Origin: a virus
Lineage: Duplodnaviria > Caudoviricetes
Virus record (IMG/VR): IMGVR_UViG_3300025718_000154
Coordinates: 1 to 40,260 of that record
DNA: 40,260 bases
Strand: one strand, 5' to 3'
Shown piece by piece: positions 9,183 to 17,825 of this stretch. A model generated the notes under the pieces. It did not search any database and was not told the DNA's origin. It saw only the letters and a list, made by a program, of their open reading frames with translations. How positions within the stretch are numbered: position 1 is the first letter of the stretch; every line of letters begins with the position of its first letter. A program made the translations under genes and the position numbers.

Positions 9183-10113
9183 TTTTGACCCCCACCTTAC
9201 GTTCATATTGTTTAGATACCTTGAAACCGTTTAAAAACTCATAGCACAGCATTCCACCTTCGCTTACCGTTACTCTATCAATGACTCCCCGAAAGAAATC
9301 TGCATCAAACCCTTTATCCATTAAATCCTTATCCGCAAGCATACGCTTTATTTTACCTGTTTGATAATCATAATCATCGATATAGGCTCTCTCATACTGG
9401 AGAAATGCTCTCCTTGCTATAATCTTGCTAATCCGTTCCTTGTTCTCAGATGCTTTTTGGGGTGAAGATAGCAACTCTGAAATTTCCATATCAATAACAT
9501 TTATATTGGTATTGATTACTTGTTGCTCATTTGGTTTTTTTAGCAGTGGCCTTAAATCCTTTGCAAGTTCGTGTAGCACTATTAAGAAAATATCCTCTAT
9601 TTCTGTTTCATACATAGAGGGTCGTGGTATATCGTTTTCTCTATGCTCTGCAAAGTTTTTGCATTTCCATTGTGCAGCAAGGATATTATTCTTCATTCTG
9701 ACTTGATATCGATAAAATGCACTGCCACAGGTTTCACAAAGCAGTTTGGCACTGAAACCAAAGAGTGGTTCGCGATATTCATAATCATCATTCTTGTAAC
9801 GTTTTAGATGGACCGCTCTATCGTTTCTCACCTTGGCCGCTTTATTAAAAACCTCTTGAGAAATGATAGCAGGGTAGAAGTCATCGCCTAAATATACCTT
9901 GTTTTGAAGTAACTTACCTATTGTGGGATGCCTCCATGAAACTCTACCATTTCCATTTTTATAGCCTGCCTCTTGAAAGTGCCTTGCTATATTGAACTGG
10001 CTAGCTCCATCGCAATAGGTATTATAGGCGTAATGTATCATTTTAGATTCACCTTTGTGAATTACCGCTTTACCGTCCTTAATTTCATAACCTAATGGAA
10101 TTGTGCGTTGCAT
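9163..10113 (-). CDS. Recombinase-family protein lacking the catalytic resolvase domain
   Basis: Starts MQRTIPLGY after AGGAG; 'LQNKVYLGD..YPAIIS', 'CETCG..WKC'; no YxRxS motif. Confidence 0.85.
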   Translation of the reverse strand: MQRTIPLGYEIKDGKAVIHKGESKMIHYAYNTYCDGASQFNIARHFQEAGYKNGNGRVSWRHPTIGKLLQNKVYLGDDFYPAIISQEVFNKAAKVRNDRAVHLKRYKNDDYEYREPLFGFSAKLLCETCGSAFYRYQVRMKNNILAAQWKCKNFAEHRENDIPRPSMYETEIEDIFLIVLHELAKDLRPLLKKPNEQQVINTNINVIDMEISELLSSPQKASENKERISKIIARRAFLQYERAYIDDYDYQTGKIKRMLADKDLMDKGFDADFFRGVIDRVTVSEGGMLCYEFLNGFKVSKQYERKVGVKNGSKKC

Positions 10114-10114
10114 G

Positions 10115-11719
10115 TCATCTCTCCTCTTTAAAAACCTCAATTTTAAACTCAAGACCGTTATACAAAACAAAGACTATTGTTGACCGTTTATAATAAAAAA
10201 ACTTCTCAACCATTCGGTCAAAAATTTTCTCATCAAAACTATCAATAATACCATCTTTTTCTCGAAGTATTGTGAGTAGCTGCTCGGTGGCGCTCACTGA
10301 ATTGTTACTGCTTAAAATTTGGTTATTAATGTCGTTGTACTTCTGCCTTTTAAGCCCTAACTCTTTGATTATTTCCTCATCTTGTTCAATAAACATCTTA
10401 TGATCTATATAGCCTTTAGCTTCAAGCTGCAGTAGCACACGTTCCTCTTCCATAAGCTCATTAATGCGATTTTCCAAGGCTACAAGTACTGAATTTTCAT
10501 GAGTGAGAGACAGCAACTTTTTTGTATCCCTAGCAAAGGGGATTAGTATTTGCTCGTAATTGCAATAAAGTGTATTGAATAGCTTTATAAACGCTGAATG
10601 AACTTTTTCCTCGACTATGCCAGTAGTGCTACATTCCACCTCGTTATAATGAGCACAATACCACTGAATATTTTGCTTATAGCGATTGCCCCCAAACTTT
10701 TTGCGAGAAAGCCGACAACCACATTCAGCGCAGAAAGCCTTATTAGAAAACACATAGCGATTACTATATTTGTCGGTGTCGTTCATATCTATCCCATACT
10801 GCTTTCGCCTTTGATTGAGCACCGCCTGTGCCTTTTCAAAAAGCTCCCTTGGAATAATTGCTTGGTGGTGATCTTTTATATAGTACTGCGGAGCTTCACC
10901 ACGATTTATCTTTCTTTTAAAGTTACCATCCTCAGTAGTGTAATATTTGCCTGATAACACGTCACCTACATATTTCTCATTTACGATTATGCTTTTTACA
11001 GCACAAACGGTCCACTTTAATTTACCTGCTGCAGTTTTAATGCCCTGCTCCATTAACTCCGCTGCTATCACACCATGACTTTTACCATTGACATAGCTGT
11101 TAAAAATAAACCTGAGTATTTTTGCTTCTTCAGGAACAATCACAAGCTGCTTTTCATCATTATATTTATAGCCCAGCAGCTTATATCCAAATCGTACGGG
11201 CTTGCCCTCTTGAGCCATTTTTTGATGTGTCCATTTGATGTTTTGAGAAATGGACTTCGACTCTTCTGCCGCAATTGAGCTAAGTATTGTTAATACAAGC
11301 TCACTCTCAGCCGACATCGTATTAATGTTTTCTTTTTCAAACTGGACCGCAATTCCTAGTGCTTTTAGTTTTCTAACAGTTTCGATACAGTCGGTTGTAT
11401 TTCTTGCAAATCTCGAAATGGATTTCGTTATAACCATGTCAATTTTCATTTGTTCACAATCTCTAATCAGCCTTAGAAATTCGCTTCGTTTGTCTTTGCT
11501 AGTACCGCTTATGCCTTCATCGGCATAAATATCAACAAGCTCCCATTCAGGATTCGCTGTAATACTTGCGGTATAATGCTCTCTTTGAGCTTCATAAGAG
11601 CTTATTTGCTCAAGGGTCGATGTACTAACCCTACAATAAGCAGCAACTCTTAACGTATTTTTTCTTATCCCGTTATCATTAAACTGTTTTACTGCTTCGA
11701 TTGTTATAACCTTTTTCAA
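10115..11719 (-). CDS. Large serine recombinase
   Basis: 'VAAYCRVST', 'YADEGISGT', 'KSISRFARN', 'NEKYVGD', 'CAECG'. TTG start after AGGAGG. Confidence 0.95.
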   Translation of the reverse strand: MKKVITIEAVKQFNDNGIRKNTLRVAAYCRVSTSTLEQISSYEAQREHYTASITANPEWELVDIYADEGISGTSKDKRSEFLRLIRDCEQMKIDMVITKSISRFARNTTDCIETVRKLKALGIAVQFEKENINTMSAESELVLTILSSIAAEESKSISQNIKWTHQKMAQEGKPVRFGYKLLGYKYNDEKQLVIVPEEAKILRFIFNSYVNGKSHGVIAAELMEQGIKTAAGKLKWTVCAVKSIIVNEKYVGDVLSGKYYTTEDGNFKRKINRGEAPQYYIKDHHQAIIPRELFEKAQAVLNQRRKQYGIDMNDTDKYSNRYVFSNKAFCAECGCRLSRKKFGGNRYKQNIQWYCAHYNEVECSTTGIVEEKVHSAFIKLFNTLYCNYEQILIPFARDTKKLLSLTHENSVLVALENRINELMEEERVLLQLEAKGYIDHKMFIEQDEEIIKELGLKRQKYNDINNQILSSNNSVSATEQLLTILREKDGIIDSFDEKIFDRMVEKFFYYKRSTIVFVLYNGLEFKIEVFKEER

Positions 11720-11738
11720 GATGCTCCTCCTTTCATAT

Positions 11739-11805
11739 ACATTACCTACCCTCATAATTTAGAAGGTAGGTAATGTTAACTCTGACTTGCATAACTAGCA
11801 AGTCA
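11739..11805. promoter_or_regulatory. Two adjacent inverted repeats upstream of the recombinase operon
   Basis: ACATTACCTACC(11739-11750)..GGTAGGTAATGT(11765-11776) and TGACTTGC..GCAAGTCA (11783-11805). Confidence 0.6.
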
Positions 11806-11940
11806 TTTGTTTTGAATAAATATTTCGAGGTTTTCCTTATCAATGGCCTCAAACTCAGCCTTGGAAATGAGTCCGTTTCGAAGAAGGTTTGATATTAATT
11901 GATGTGCTATCTCGTACTCTACCGATAGGATTTTTTGCAT
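11803..11940 (-). CDS. Small SHOCT-like protein (45 aa) preceding the recombinases; candidate directionality factor
   Basis: Not in the ORF track: MQKILSVEYEIAHQLISNLLRNGLISKAEFEAIDKENLEIFIQNK, with GGAGG RBS and SHOCT-like 'LLxxGLISxxEF'. Confidence 0.8.
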   Translation of the reverse strand: MQKILSVEYEIAHQLISNLLRNGLISKAEFEAIDKENLEIFIQNK

Positions 11941-11956
11941 ATAAATACCTCCAAAT

Positions 11957-11997
11957 AACGAGACCGTTACTTTCTATATAAAAGTAACGGTCTCGTT
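11957..11997. repeat. Perfect 17-bp inverted repeat
   Basis: AACGAGACCGTTACTTT-ctatata-AAAGTAACGGTCTCGTT, between DUF429 and the SHOCT gene. Confidence 0.8.
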
Positions 11998-12073
11998 CCA
12001 TTTAATCAGTCCGATAAATAACGTAATAACAATAGTGACACTGGTGCTATCGTTGAACTCGTAAATCCATGTG

Positions 12074-12862
12074 TCAGCATTTCATTGGAACCCAAATAGC
12101 TCCAACATCATCCCCATATGGTGTAGCCTTTCCGATAAAATAATAGTAACCAACAAGTGCCGATATAATTGAATCAATTAGGTCTTCGTATCCTTTAACA
12201 AATTTTTCTGAGTAATAATTATTAGTATCTAGGTTGAGTAAAAAATGATCAATGTTAGAAACCTCAGACTCCAATTTGCGCTTTAGCTCCATTAGATTTT
12301 GGATAATATTTTTAGTTCGAGTCTTTGGAGACTCGTCAGGCCAGTATCTAGCCTTTTTTGATACCTTGTACGGGAAACGGTAGCTGTAACCAAATAACTC
12401 AATGATAGCTGTGTGAGGATAAACCTCAATGAAAGAGGGCATTTCGGCATATTTATAAGCCCAACTGTAACCCAATTTTGAGAGTTGCTTATAGATTGTT
12501 GTTGCTATATCGCCTGGGCGATCAATATTTGGAGTATGGGTTGAAGCTCCAAGTCTACCGTACTTGGTAGAAATTAGGTGCTCAGCTCTTCTTCTTCCTG
12601 TTATCGGACCTGGAGATAACGGAATATCAAGTGCAATAACATCTACTGGTTCTGTAACACTATTAAAAATTTCGTTAAAGTTGGGTAAAGAACCTTGGAG
12701 TGGTTTATTCCAGTCAATCTTGCCAGAGCAAAATTCTTCGTATGACCGTCCTGCTCTAACTAGTTCTGGCAAAGAACCAGGTGAGAACTTAAGTAAAGCA
12801 ACCCCTGAAGGTTCCTTGTAAGTCCATGCTGCGTCAACACCCAAAACATATTTGCTGTTCAT
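12074..12862 (-). CDS. DUF429 family protein (predicted RNase H-fold nuclease)
   Basis: 'VLGVDAAW', 'IALDIPL', 'RRAE', 'IEVYPH', 'EDLIDS..SA' pattern. Confidence 0.8.
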   Translation of the reverse strand: MNSKYVLGVDAAWTYKEPSGVALLKFSPGSLPELVRAGRSYEEFCSGKIDWNKPLQGSLPNFNEIFNSVTEPVDVIALDIPLSPGPITGRRRAEHLISTKYGRLGASTHTPNIDRPGDIATTIYKQLSKLGYSWAYKYAEMPSFIEVYPHTAIIELFGYSYRFPYKVSKKARYWPDESPKTRTKNIIQNLMELKRKLESEVSNIDHFLLNLDTNNYYSEKFVKGYEDLIDSIISALVGYYYFIGKATPYGDDVGAIWVPMKC

Positions 12863-13228
12863 TCATACCTCTCTTTCGTGACCTTGCCAACAAATTCATT
12901 AAACGAACTTCGTTACATGTCTGTATTATAAGCCTTAATACAAACCTGATCGTAAAAACTCCTATTCATATGTACATCAAGATCGTACGCCAGCAATAAG
13001 TAATTTACCTGTATTTTGCTCCTTGAGTCCTATAATGACCGTTACGTTAAGGCAAAGACCCCCTTCCATTGATGAGGCAAGAGGGCTTGTGAGTGTTAAT
13101 GCCAGCGGCACTTCTTATTACTCTGACCATATCATAACCCGAATTCAAATTGGTACGATAATCAATTTCAAGCTTGCTAATAATAAAATTACTGTTTTTA
13201 CATTAAATACTGTTTTATTAATTTTATA

Positions 13229-13257
13229 TTGTATTTTAATGTTATATCGATTATAAT
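13229..13257 (+). promoter_or_regulatory. SigA-type promoter of the plus-strand operon
   Basis: TTGTAT-17 nt-TATAAT with an AT-rich upstream tract containing two TACTGTTTT direct repeats. Confidence 0.65.
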
Positions 13258-13295
13258 ATGGTTAAGAAAATATTTTATTGGAGGAGGTTGTTCAA

Positions 13296-14741
13296 ATGGT
13301 ATCTATTAACTACTTATTACTTCACGAGTTTATTCAATCAAATGAATTCCTATCTTATTCAATAGAAGTACAAAAATTATTGAGTGCATTAACTGAACTA
13401 TTAAACCATACAACTATCGAATATTTAATTAAGGTAAGAAAAGATAGCTCAATTGTTATTTCATCAAAAAAGGATAGAGAAAAAAACATTGCAACCGTCA
13501 ATATATATCAAAGACATATAAGACTTAAAATACTTAATCACTTAGATATAAAAATCGATTCAATTGATCAATTAGATAATCGGATAACAGAAACGATACT
13601 AGAAAAATATCAATCCATATTTTCTGCAAAAAAACAAATTTCTGTCTATTTAGACACTAATCTTATTGAAATACTTGAAGAAAAATCCAAGTTTGAAAAT
13701 AGAAAACTTAATGATGTAATCATCGATAGCATTGTTCAAACAAATAACTGTCCTACTTTATTAAACAATTTAAATGACAAATTATTTAAAAAACTTCAAT
13801 ATGCAATGATGGCAGATGAAAAATCGGCTTCCGAACTTATCGAGATCTCATTGAATCAATATTTTTTTGAGCCCTTTGTTAACGAGTTGCATATAAAAAA
13901 CTACTTATTTCTCTTAGGTAAATTTAAAGCTGAAAGGATAAAGTTTTCCAACGACAGGAACTCTTCCAAGAAAAATCCCCAAGTCGATATCACATTAAAA
14001 GAAACTGCTCTCTTGTACTTGTTATCTTTTGACGACTTGGTCATGGACTATGTAGTTGATGGAAAGTTTATCTCGTTTGAAGAGGGAATAACGATTCAAA
14101 TTCCATCTGAACTCTATTCCCTGCTATGGCATACTTTTGAAAACTATTTATATATAGTCCTTGAATCATATGCAAATTACACACTTGAGATTGATGAGAG
14201 TTCCACAGGAGGATTTGATTTTATTGATACTTTGTCCTCACAAGGATCGCGAGTTGAAGATTTGAAAGTATTATCAATAGGAAAAATAATTGAAAATGGT
14301 AGACTTCATTTAAGAACACCTGATTGGTATCGAGAAATATTAAAATATTCCCAACCAAAAGAAACATATAATTTCAACATATTGAATTTTGATGAATTTC
14401 TGGATAGTGAAACTTTTAAAGCCTATAGCAGCAACATAAAGCGAATGCTTTATTCTCTCATAAACAAATTTATAGAATATAAGATGATTGACTGCGTTAT
14501 TTACCAAAGAGAATATAATGTTTTATCCTTCCGTCCTAAAGATAAACCCGATGAACGATTATGTGTCATAACCATATACTCTACTTATATTAGATTGTCG
14601 ATCACCTACAGCAATGACGATTATTACCACTACAACCTAGACCTAGATGGACAAGACGAAGATATTGTTCAGACATTAATAAAAAGATATAACCTTTCTC
14701 CTCCTAAGCCATATACATACGATGGTTTAGCTCTAGTGTAG
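13296..14741 (+). CDS. Multidomain protein with tandem ribbon-helix-helix-like segments and two copies of an unannotated ~100-aa domain
   Basis: ATG at 13296 after GGAGGAGG. 'KKQISVYLDTNLIEILEEKSKFENRKLNDVIIDSI' and 'LNDKLFKKLQYAMMADEKSASELIEISLNQYF' fit the RHH/CopG pattern; the N- and C-terminal domains resemble each other. Confidence 0.7.
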   Translation: MVSINYLLLHEFIQSNEFLSYSIEVQKLLSALTELLNHTTIEYLIKVRKDSSIVISSKKDREKNIATVNIYQRHIRLKILNHLDIKIDSIDQLDNRITETILEKYQSIFSAKKQISVYLDTNLIEILEEKSKFENRKLNDVIIDSIVQTNNCPTLLNNLNDKLFKKLQYAMMADEKSASELIEISLNQYFFEPFVNELHIKNYLFLLGKFKAERIKFSNDRNSSKKNPQVDITLKETALLYLLSFDDLVMDYVVDGKFISFEEGITIQIPSELYSLLWHTFENYLYIVLESYANYTLEIDESSTGGFDFIDTLSSQGSRVEDLKVLSIGKIIENGRLHLRTPDWYREILKYSQPKETYNFNILNFDEFLDSETFKAYSSNIKRMLYSLINKFIEYKMIDCVIYQREYNVLSFRPKDKPDERLCVITIYSTYIRLSITYSNDDYYHYNLDLDGQDEDIVQTLIKRYNLSPPKPYTYDGLALV

Positions 14742-14809
14742 GCTTTTCCAAAGATTTATATCTGTATCGACCTTATCAGTCATGATTTTAAAAATGGTAA
14801 GGAGCCTAA

Positions 14810-15052
14810 ATGAAACAAGAAAAGTATTTTTTTGTAGTTGTCGATTGTGGCCATGTGGGAACAAGACGATCTATTGAGATTGACAGATATTTTAAGGATT
14901 ATGATATTATATCTGCTTATCATTCTGCACTCATCATGCCTCGATGCAAAAAGAAACCATCATCAATTAAATACGTAAAGGAAATCTCTTATGACGATTA
15001 TGTTTTAGGAAAAATAAAGGAATCAACTAACCTCTATCTTTCCGCTGTTTAG
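14810..15052 (+). CDS. Small hypothetical protein with CGHVG motif
   Basis: 80 aa, AAGGAG RBS, co-oriented within the operon. Confidence 0.75.
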   Translation: MKQEKYFFVVVDCGHVGTRRSIEIDRYFKDYDIISAYHSALIMPRCKKKPSSIKYVKEISYDDYVLGKIKESTNLYLSAV

Positions 15053-15082
15053 TATTCGTCCAAATTAAAAGGAGGCTTATTT

Positions 15083-16261
15083 ATGAGTAAATACTCAGAA
15101 ATATTTAATCTTATCCTGGAAGGTATTATTAATAATTCAACATACTCACGCGAAACTGTCTTAAGCAGATTTGAACCATTTAATAACTTTCATTTTGAAG
15201 ATTTCAGTGAAGAATACCTCTACCACGTTCTCGCTTATGTCCCTTTTTATGCCGGAATGTCAAGCAAAGTTGTAACTAATAAGCGGGCAACTATCCTAAA
15301 ATATTTTGATCACTATAATGAAGTTGCAAAGTATGATGAAATATTTATTTCGAAAATACTTTTGGATTCTGATATGATAAGTCACCAAGGTAAGATACGA
15401 GCAAGTATTCATAATGCACAGAAAGTGAAAGGACTAGCTGTCAGACACGGAAGTTTTAAAAACTATTTGCGTAGCTTAGATTTCAATAGAAGTGAAGATC
15501 ACTTAGAAAAAGCAGCTGTACAACTAATTAATCAGTTTGAATGGTTGGGGGAAGTTACTGTCCATCATTTTCTTACGGATATTGGTGCAAAAACAATAAA
15601 GCCAGACAGAGTGATAATGCGAGTATTCAGCCGATTAAATATTGTGGAAAATTCTAGCTCTTTTAAAAAAGCGAGGGAAATATGTGACCAGATAGTAAAA
15701 GAAACAGGCTACAGCCATAGATACATAGATATTATCTTAGTAAAGTTTGGTCATCTTGAAGATGACATGGATACTGGAATTAAAAACGGGATATGCACTG
15801 AAAAGGACCCAAAATGCAGTAAATGCCTTCTTGCGGAACACTGCTTTTACAATAAGGAGAAATCTTTTACTGCTAAAACAGAATTGGCCGACATAGAATA
15901 TTCAATACCAAAATCCAAGAACCCCAACTTGCAGACTAAAAACACCAAAAATATTTTAACAAAAGAACAATTTCTAAAAAACAATTTATTCTTGAGTCAA
16001 GGTACCAATCTACAAGGCCTTCTCAAATATTTAATGTTAGGAATGGACAGTAAAAATATAAAGTACAATGTCAAGATTAGAAAGGATGCTTCTATAGCCT
16101 TTACTGCCACATCATCAGAAAGCAACATAATAACTATTTGGCTCTATAACCGACATTTGAGACTACTAATTCTTAATGTTGAAGATGAGAAATGTTCATC
16201 TGCTAGGGATATTGATAATCTGCTAAATAAGATAAACAACAAATATATCAATGTGCGATAA
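15083..16261 (+). CDS. HhH-superfamily DNA glycosylase (Tag-like N-terminus, 4Fe-4S motif) with an extra C-terminal domain
   Basis: Tag-like 'FYAG...KR..I..YF', 'ISHQGKIRASIHNA', 'GSFKNYL'; HhH 'FEWLGEVTVHHFLTDIG'; 'KPDRVIMRVFSRL'; C-x6-C-x2-C-x5-C 'CTEKDPKCSKCLLAEHC'. Confidence 0.85.
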   Translation: MSKYSEIFNLILEGIINNSTYSRETVLSRFEPFNNFHFEDFSEEYLYHVLAYVPFYAGMSSKVVTNKRATILKYFDHYNEVAKYDEIFISKILLDSDMISHQGKIRASIHNAQKVKGLAVRHGSFKNYLRSLDFNRSEDHLEKAAVQLINQFEWLGEVTVHHFLTDIGAKTIKPDRVIMRVFSRLNIVENSSSFKKAREICDQIVKETGYSHRYIDIILVKFGHLEDDMDTGIKNGICTEKDPKCSKCLLAEHCFYNKEKSFTAKTELADIEYSIPKSKNPNLQTKNTKNILTKEQFLKNNLFLSQGTNLQGLLKYLMLGMDSKNIKYNVKIRKDASIAFTATSSESNIITIWLYNRHLRLLILNVEDEKCSSARDIDNLLNKINNKYINVR

Positions 16262-16427
16262 TCCTAACGCCTTACTGTGACATGCCTTCCTTCTATAAAG
16301 AATTTACCTAACTCCAGTTAATCTTGAAAACAGAAAATTTGCCTCAAATAGCAATATACTCAATAATCTAGGAATATGGGTCCGATAACCAGTACTATGA
16401 CAAGTTGACGCGCCCTCCGCTCCTCAA

Positions 16428-16468
16428 GAAACACCGAATCAGTCTTATCGTCTGATTTCGGTGTTTTT
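16428..16468. terminator. Bidirectional terminator between convergent units
   Basis: AAACACCGAATCAG-tcttatcgt-CTGATTTCGGTGTTTTT. Confidence 0.75.
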
Positions 16469-16634
16469 ATGGTTGGCGTTTTAAGTGTTTCTGAGAAAAA
16501 CAGGATCTGCCAAATACTCGTTATTGCTCAAATTCTCTATGCCATCCGTAAGGCTCATATAGAAGGTTCCGAGGGTTTGTTTGTCCATGGAGGACACCAT
16601 ATAATTGCCCTCTCTTGTACGATGGTAGATACCC

Positions 16635-16883
16635 CTACATTTTAAACAAGAACCATTTACAAGTTTGGATCTCATATTTTAGTTCGAACGGCCTTAATTC
16701 TCCGTTAATCTCAGTCTGGCACCGGTAAACTATCATCCGATTTCCAGCCAACTTTTCTTCAGACTTTGATGTCACTTGACCAACTCTAATGACCGAGTCG
16801 TCTAGCTTATACCTTATGGGATTGGGAACGCCGTCCTTAGTAAACCATGCAATCATTTCAATGGGCTTCATTAATATTCTCAT
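16635..16883 (-). CDS. Conserved Clostridial hypothetical protein (82 aa), SOS-associated
   Basis: 'KPIEMIAWF..DGVPNPIRYK...EKLAGN...CQ...ELKYE..TCKWFL'; lies in a unit downstream of a LexA box. Confidence 0.7.
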   Translation of the reverse strand: MRILMKPIEMIAWFTKDGVPNPIRYKLDDSVIRVGQVTSKSEEKLAGNRMIVYRCQTEINGELRPFELKYEIQTCKWFLFKM

Positions 16884-16884
16884 G

Positions 16885-17046
16885 CTAACCACACTTAGCC
16901 CAATCACCAGTGATGCATTCTGTGCAGCCTCCAGTACGTATGAGTTTGTTTTGGCACACTGGGCATTTGTTGTTCTCTATTAACCACTTTTCGCAGAGTT
17001 CAAGACAATAGGAATGTCGATTACAATCAGCGCATACATCTTTCAT
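16885..17046 (-). CDS. Small Cys-rich Zn-ribbon protein (53 aa)
   Basis: ATG after GAGGTGG; CADC..C...C and 'CPVCQNKLIRTGGCTECITGDWAKCG'. Confidence 0.7.
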   Translation of the reverse strand: MKDVCADCNRHSYCLELCEKWLIENNKCPVCQNKLIRTGGCTECITGDWAKCG

Positions 17047-17082
17047 TTCGTCCACCTCACAGTACATGTATTTGTAATTACG

Positions 17083-17125
17083 GAACTTATGTTCTTATTA
17101 TAGCCATCTCTTGTTCGAATATCAA
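17083..17125 (-). promoter_or_regulatory. SigA promoter with Firmicute LexA (Cheo) box
   Basis: Minus strand: TTGATA-17 nt-TATAAT-aa-GAACATAAGTTC (GAAC-N4-GTTC at 17083-17094). Confidence 0.85.
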
Positions 17126-17216
17126 TGAAAATATTATATCAACCCTCCTTGCCTGATTGAGGAAGGCTGATTAGCTAACATATGAATCCGCGTAAAGTAG
17201 TTAAGTGCTCATGTTT

Positions 17217-17738
17217 CTACGCTTGTTGGACAACTTGCACTGAAGGGGTCTCAGTTGTAGCAACCGGGGCCACATTTACAGAAACACTTAATTTGCCTAA
17301 TTCTTGTTGAATTAACTTCATTATGGTATCCACCGGCACATTTGGCGTGACCTTGTCTAATTCTGCTTTTATTATATTGATAACCTCATTTTCGGTATAG
17401 GTAGTACCTACCACAGGTTGAAGCGACTCTTTAGCTTTCTTGTAAGCACTTTCCAGCAAAGTCTCCCATTGTGAGTCGGTGAAATTAATCCCGGCTTTTG
17501 AAGCTAGTTCTTTGGCTTTTGTAAGTGCGGAATTATATTTATCCAAGCCTTCAGTTATGCCGAGCTTCTTGGCTGCTTGTACAGCAAAGTTAACCGCCTC
17601 TGTTGCAATTCCACTCGCTGTTCTGATTTGGATAACAGAGAAATGTTGTTTAATATAGGCCACCATATAAGCAAAAAACACTCCAATAAGAACTGTTACA
17701 ACATCCTGTAATCCACTGAAAATAGCTGTTTGCATCAT
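17217..17738 (-). CDS. Phage holin, LL-H family
   Basis: Single N-terminal TM helix, then 'IATEAVNFAVQ...DKY..A...LLESAY'; adjacent to the amidase. Confidence 0.75.
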   Translation of the reverse strand: MMQTAIFSGLQDVVTVLIGVFFAYMVAYIKQHFSVIQIRTASGIATEAVNFAVQAAKKLGITEGLDKYNSALTKAKELASKAGINFTDSQWETLLESAYKKAKESLQPVVGTTYTENEVINIIKAELDKVTPNVPVDTIMKLIQQELGKLSVSVNVAPVATTETPSVQVVQQA

Positions 17739-17825
17739 TAGTTCCCCTTCCTTTATTGAGCAAAATTAATAGCAGGTCATTTACCTGCTTAAACCTACTG
17801 AGCTATTGATTAAGGTTTGAAGGCC

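Noticed and set aside
13023-13256. 77-aa plus-strand ORF
   Set aside because: TTG start without RBS and runs through the AT-rich promoter of the downstream operon.
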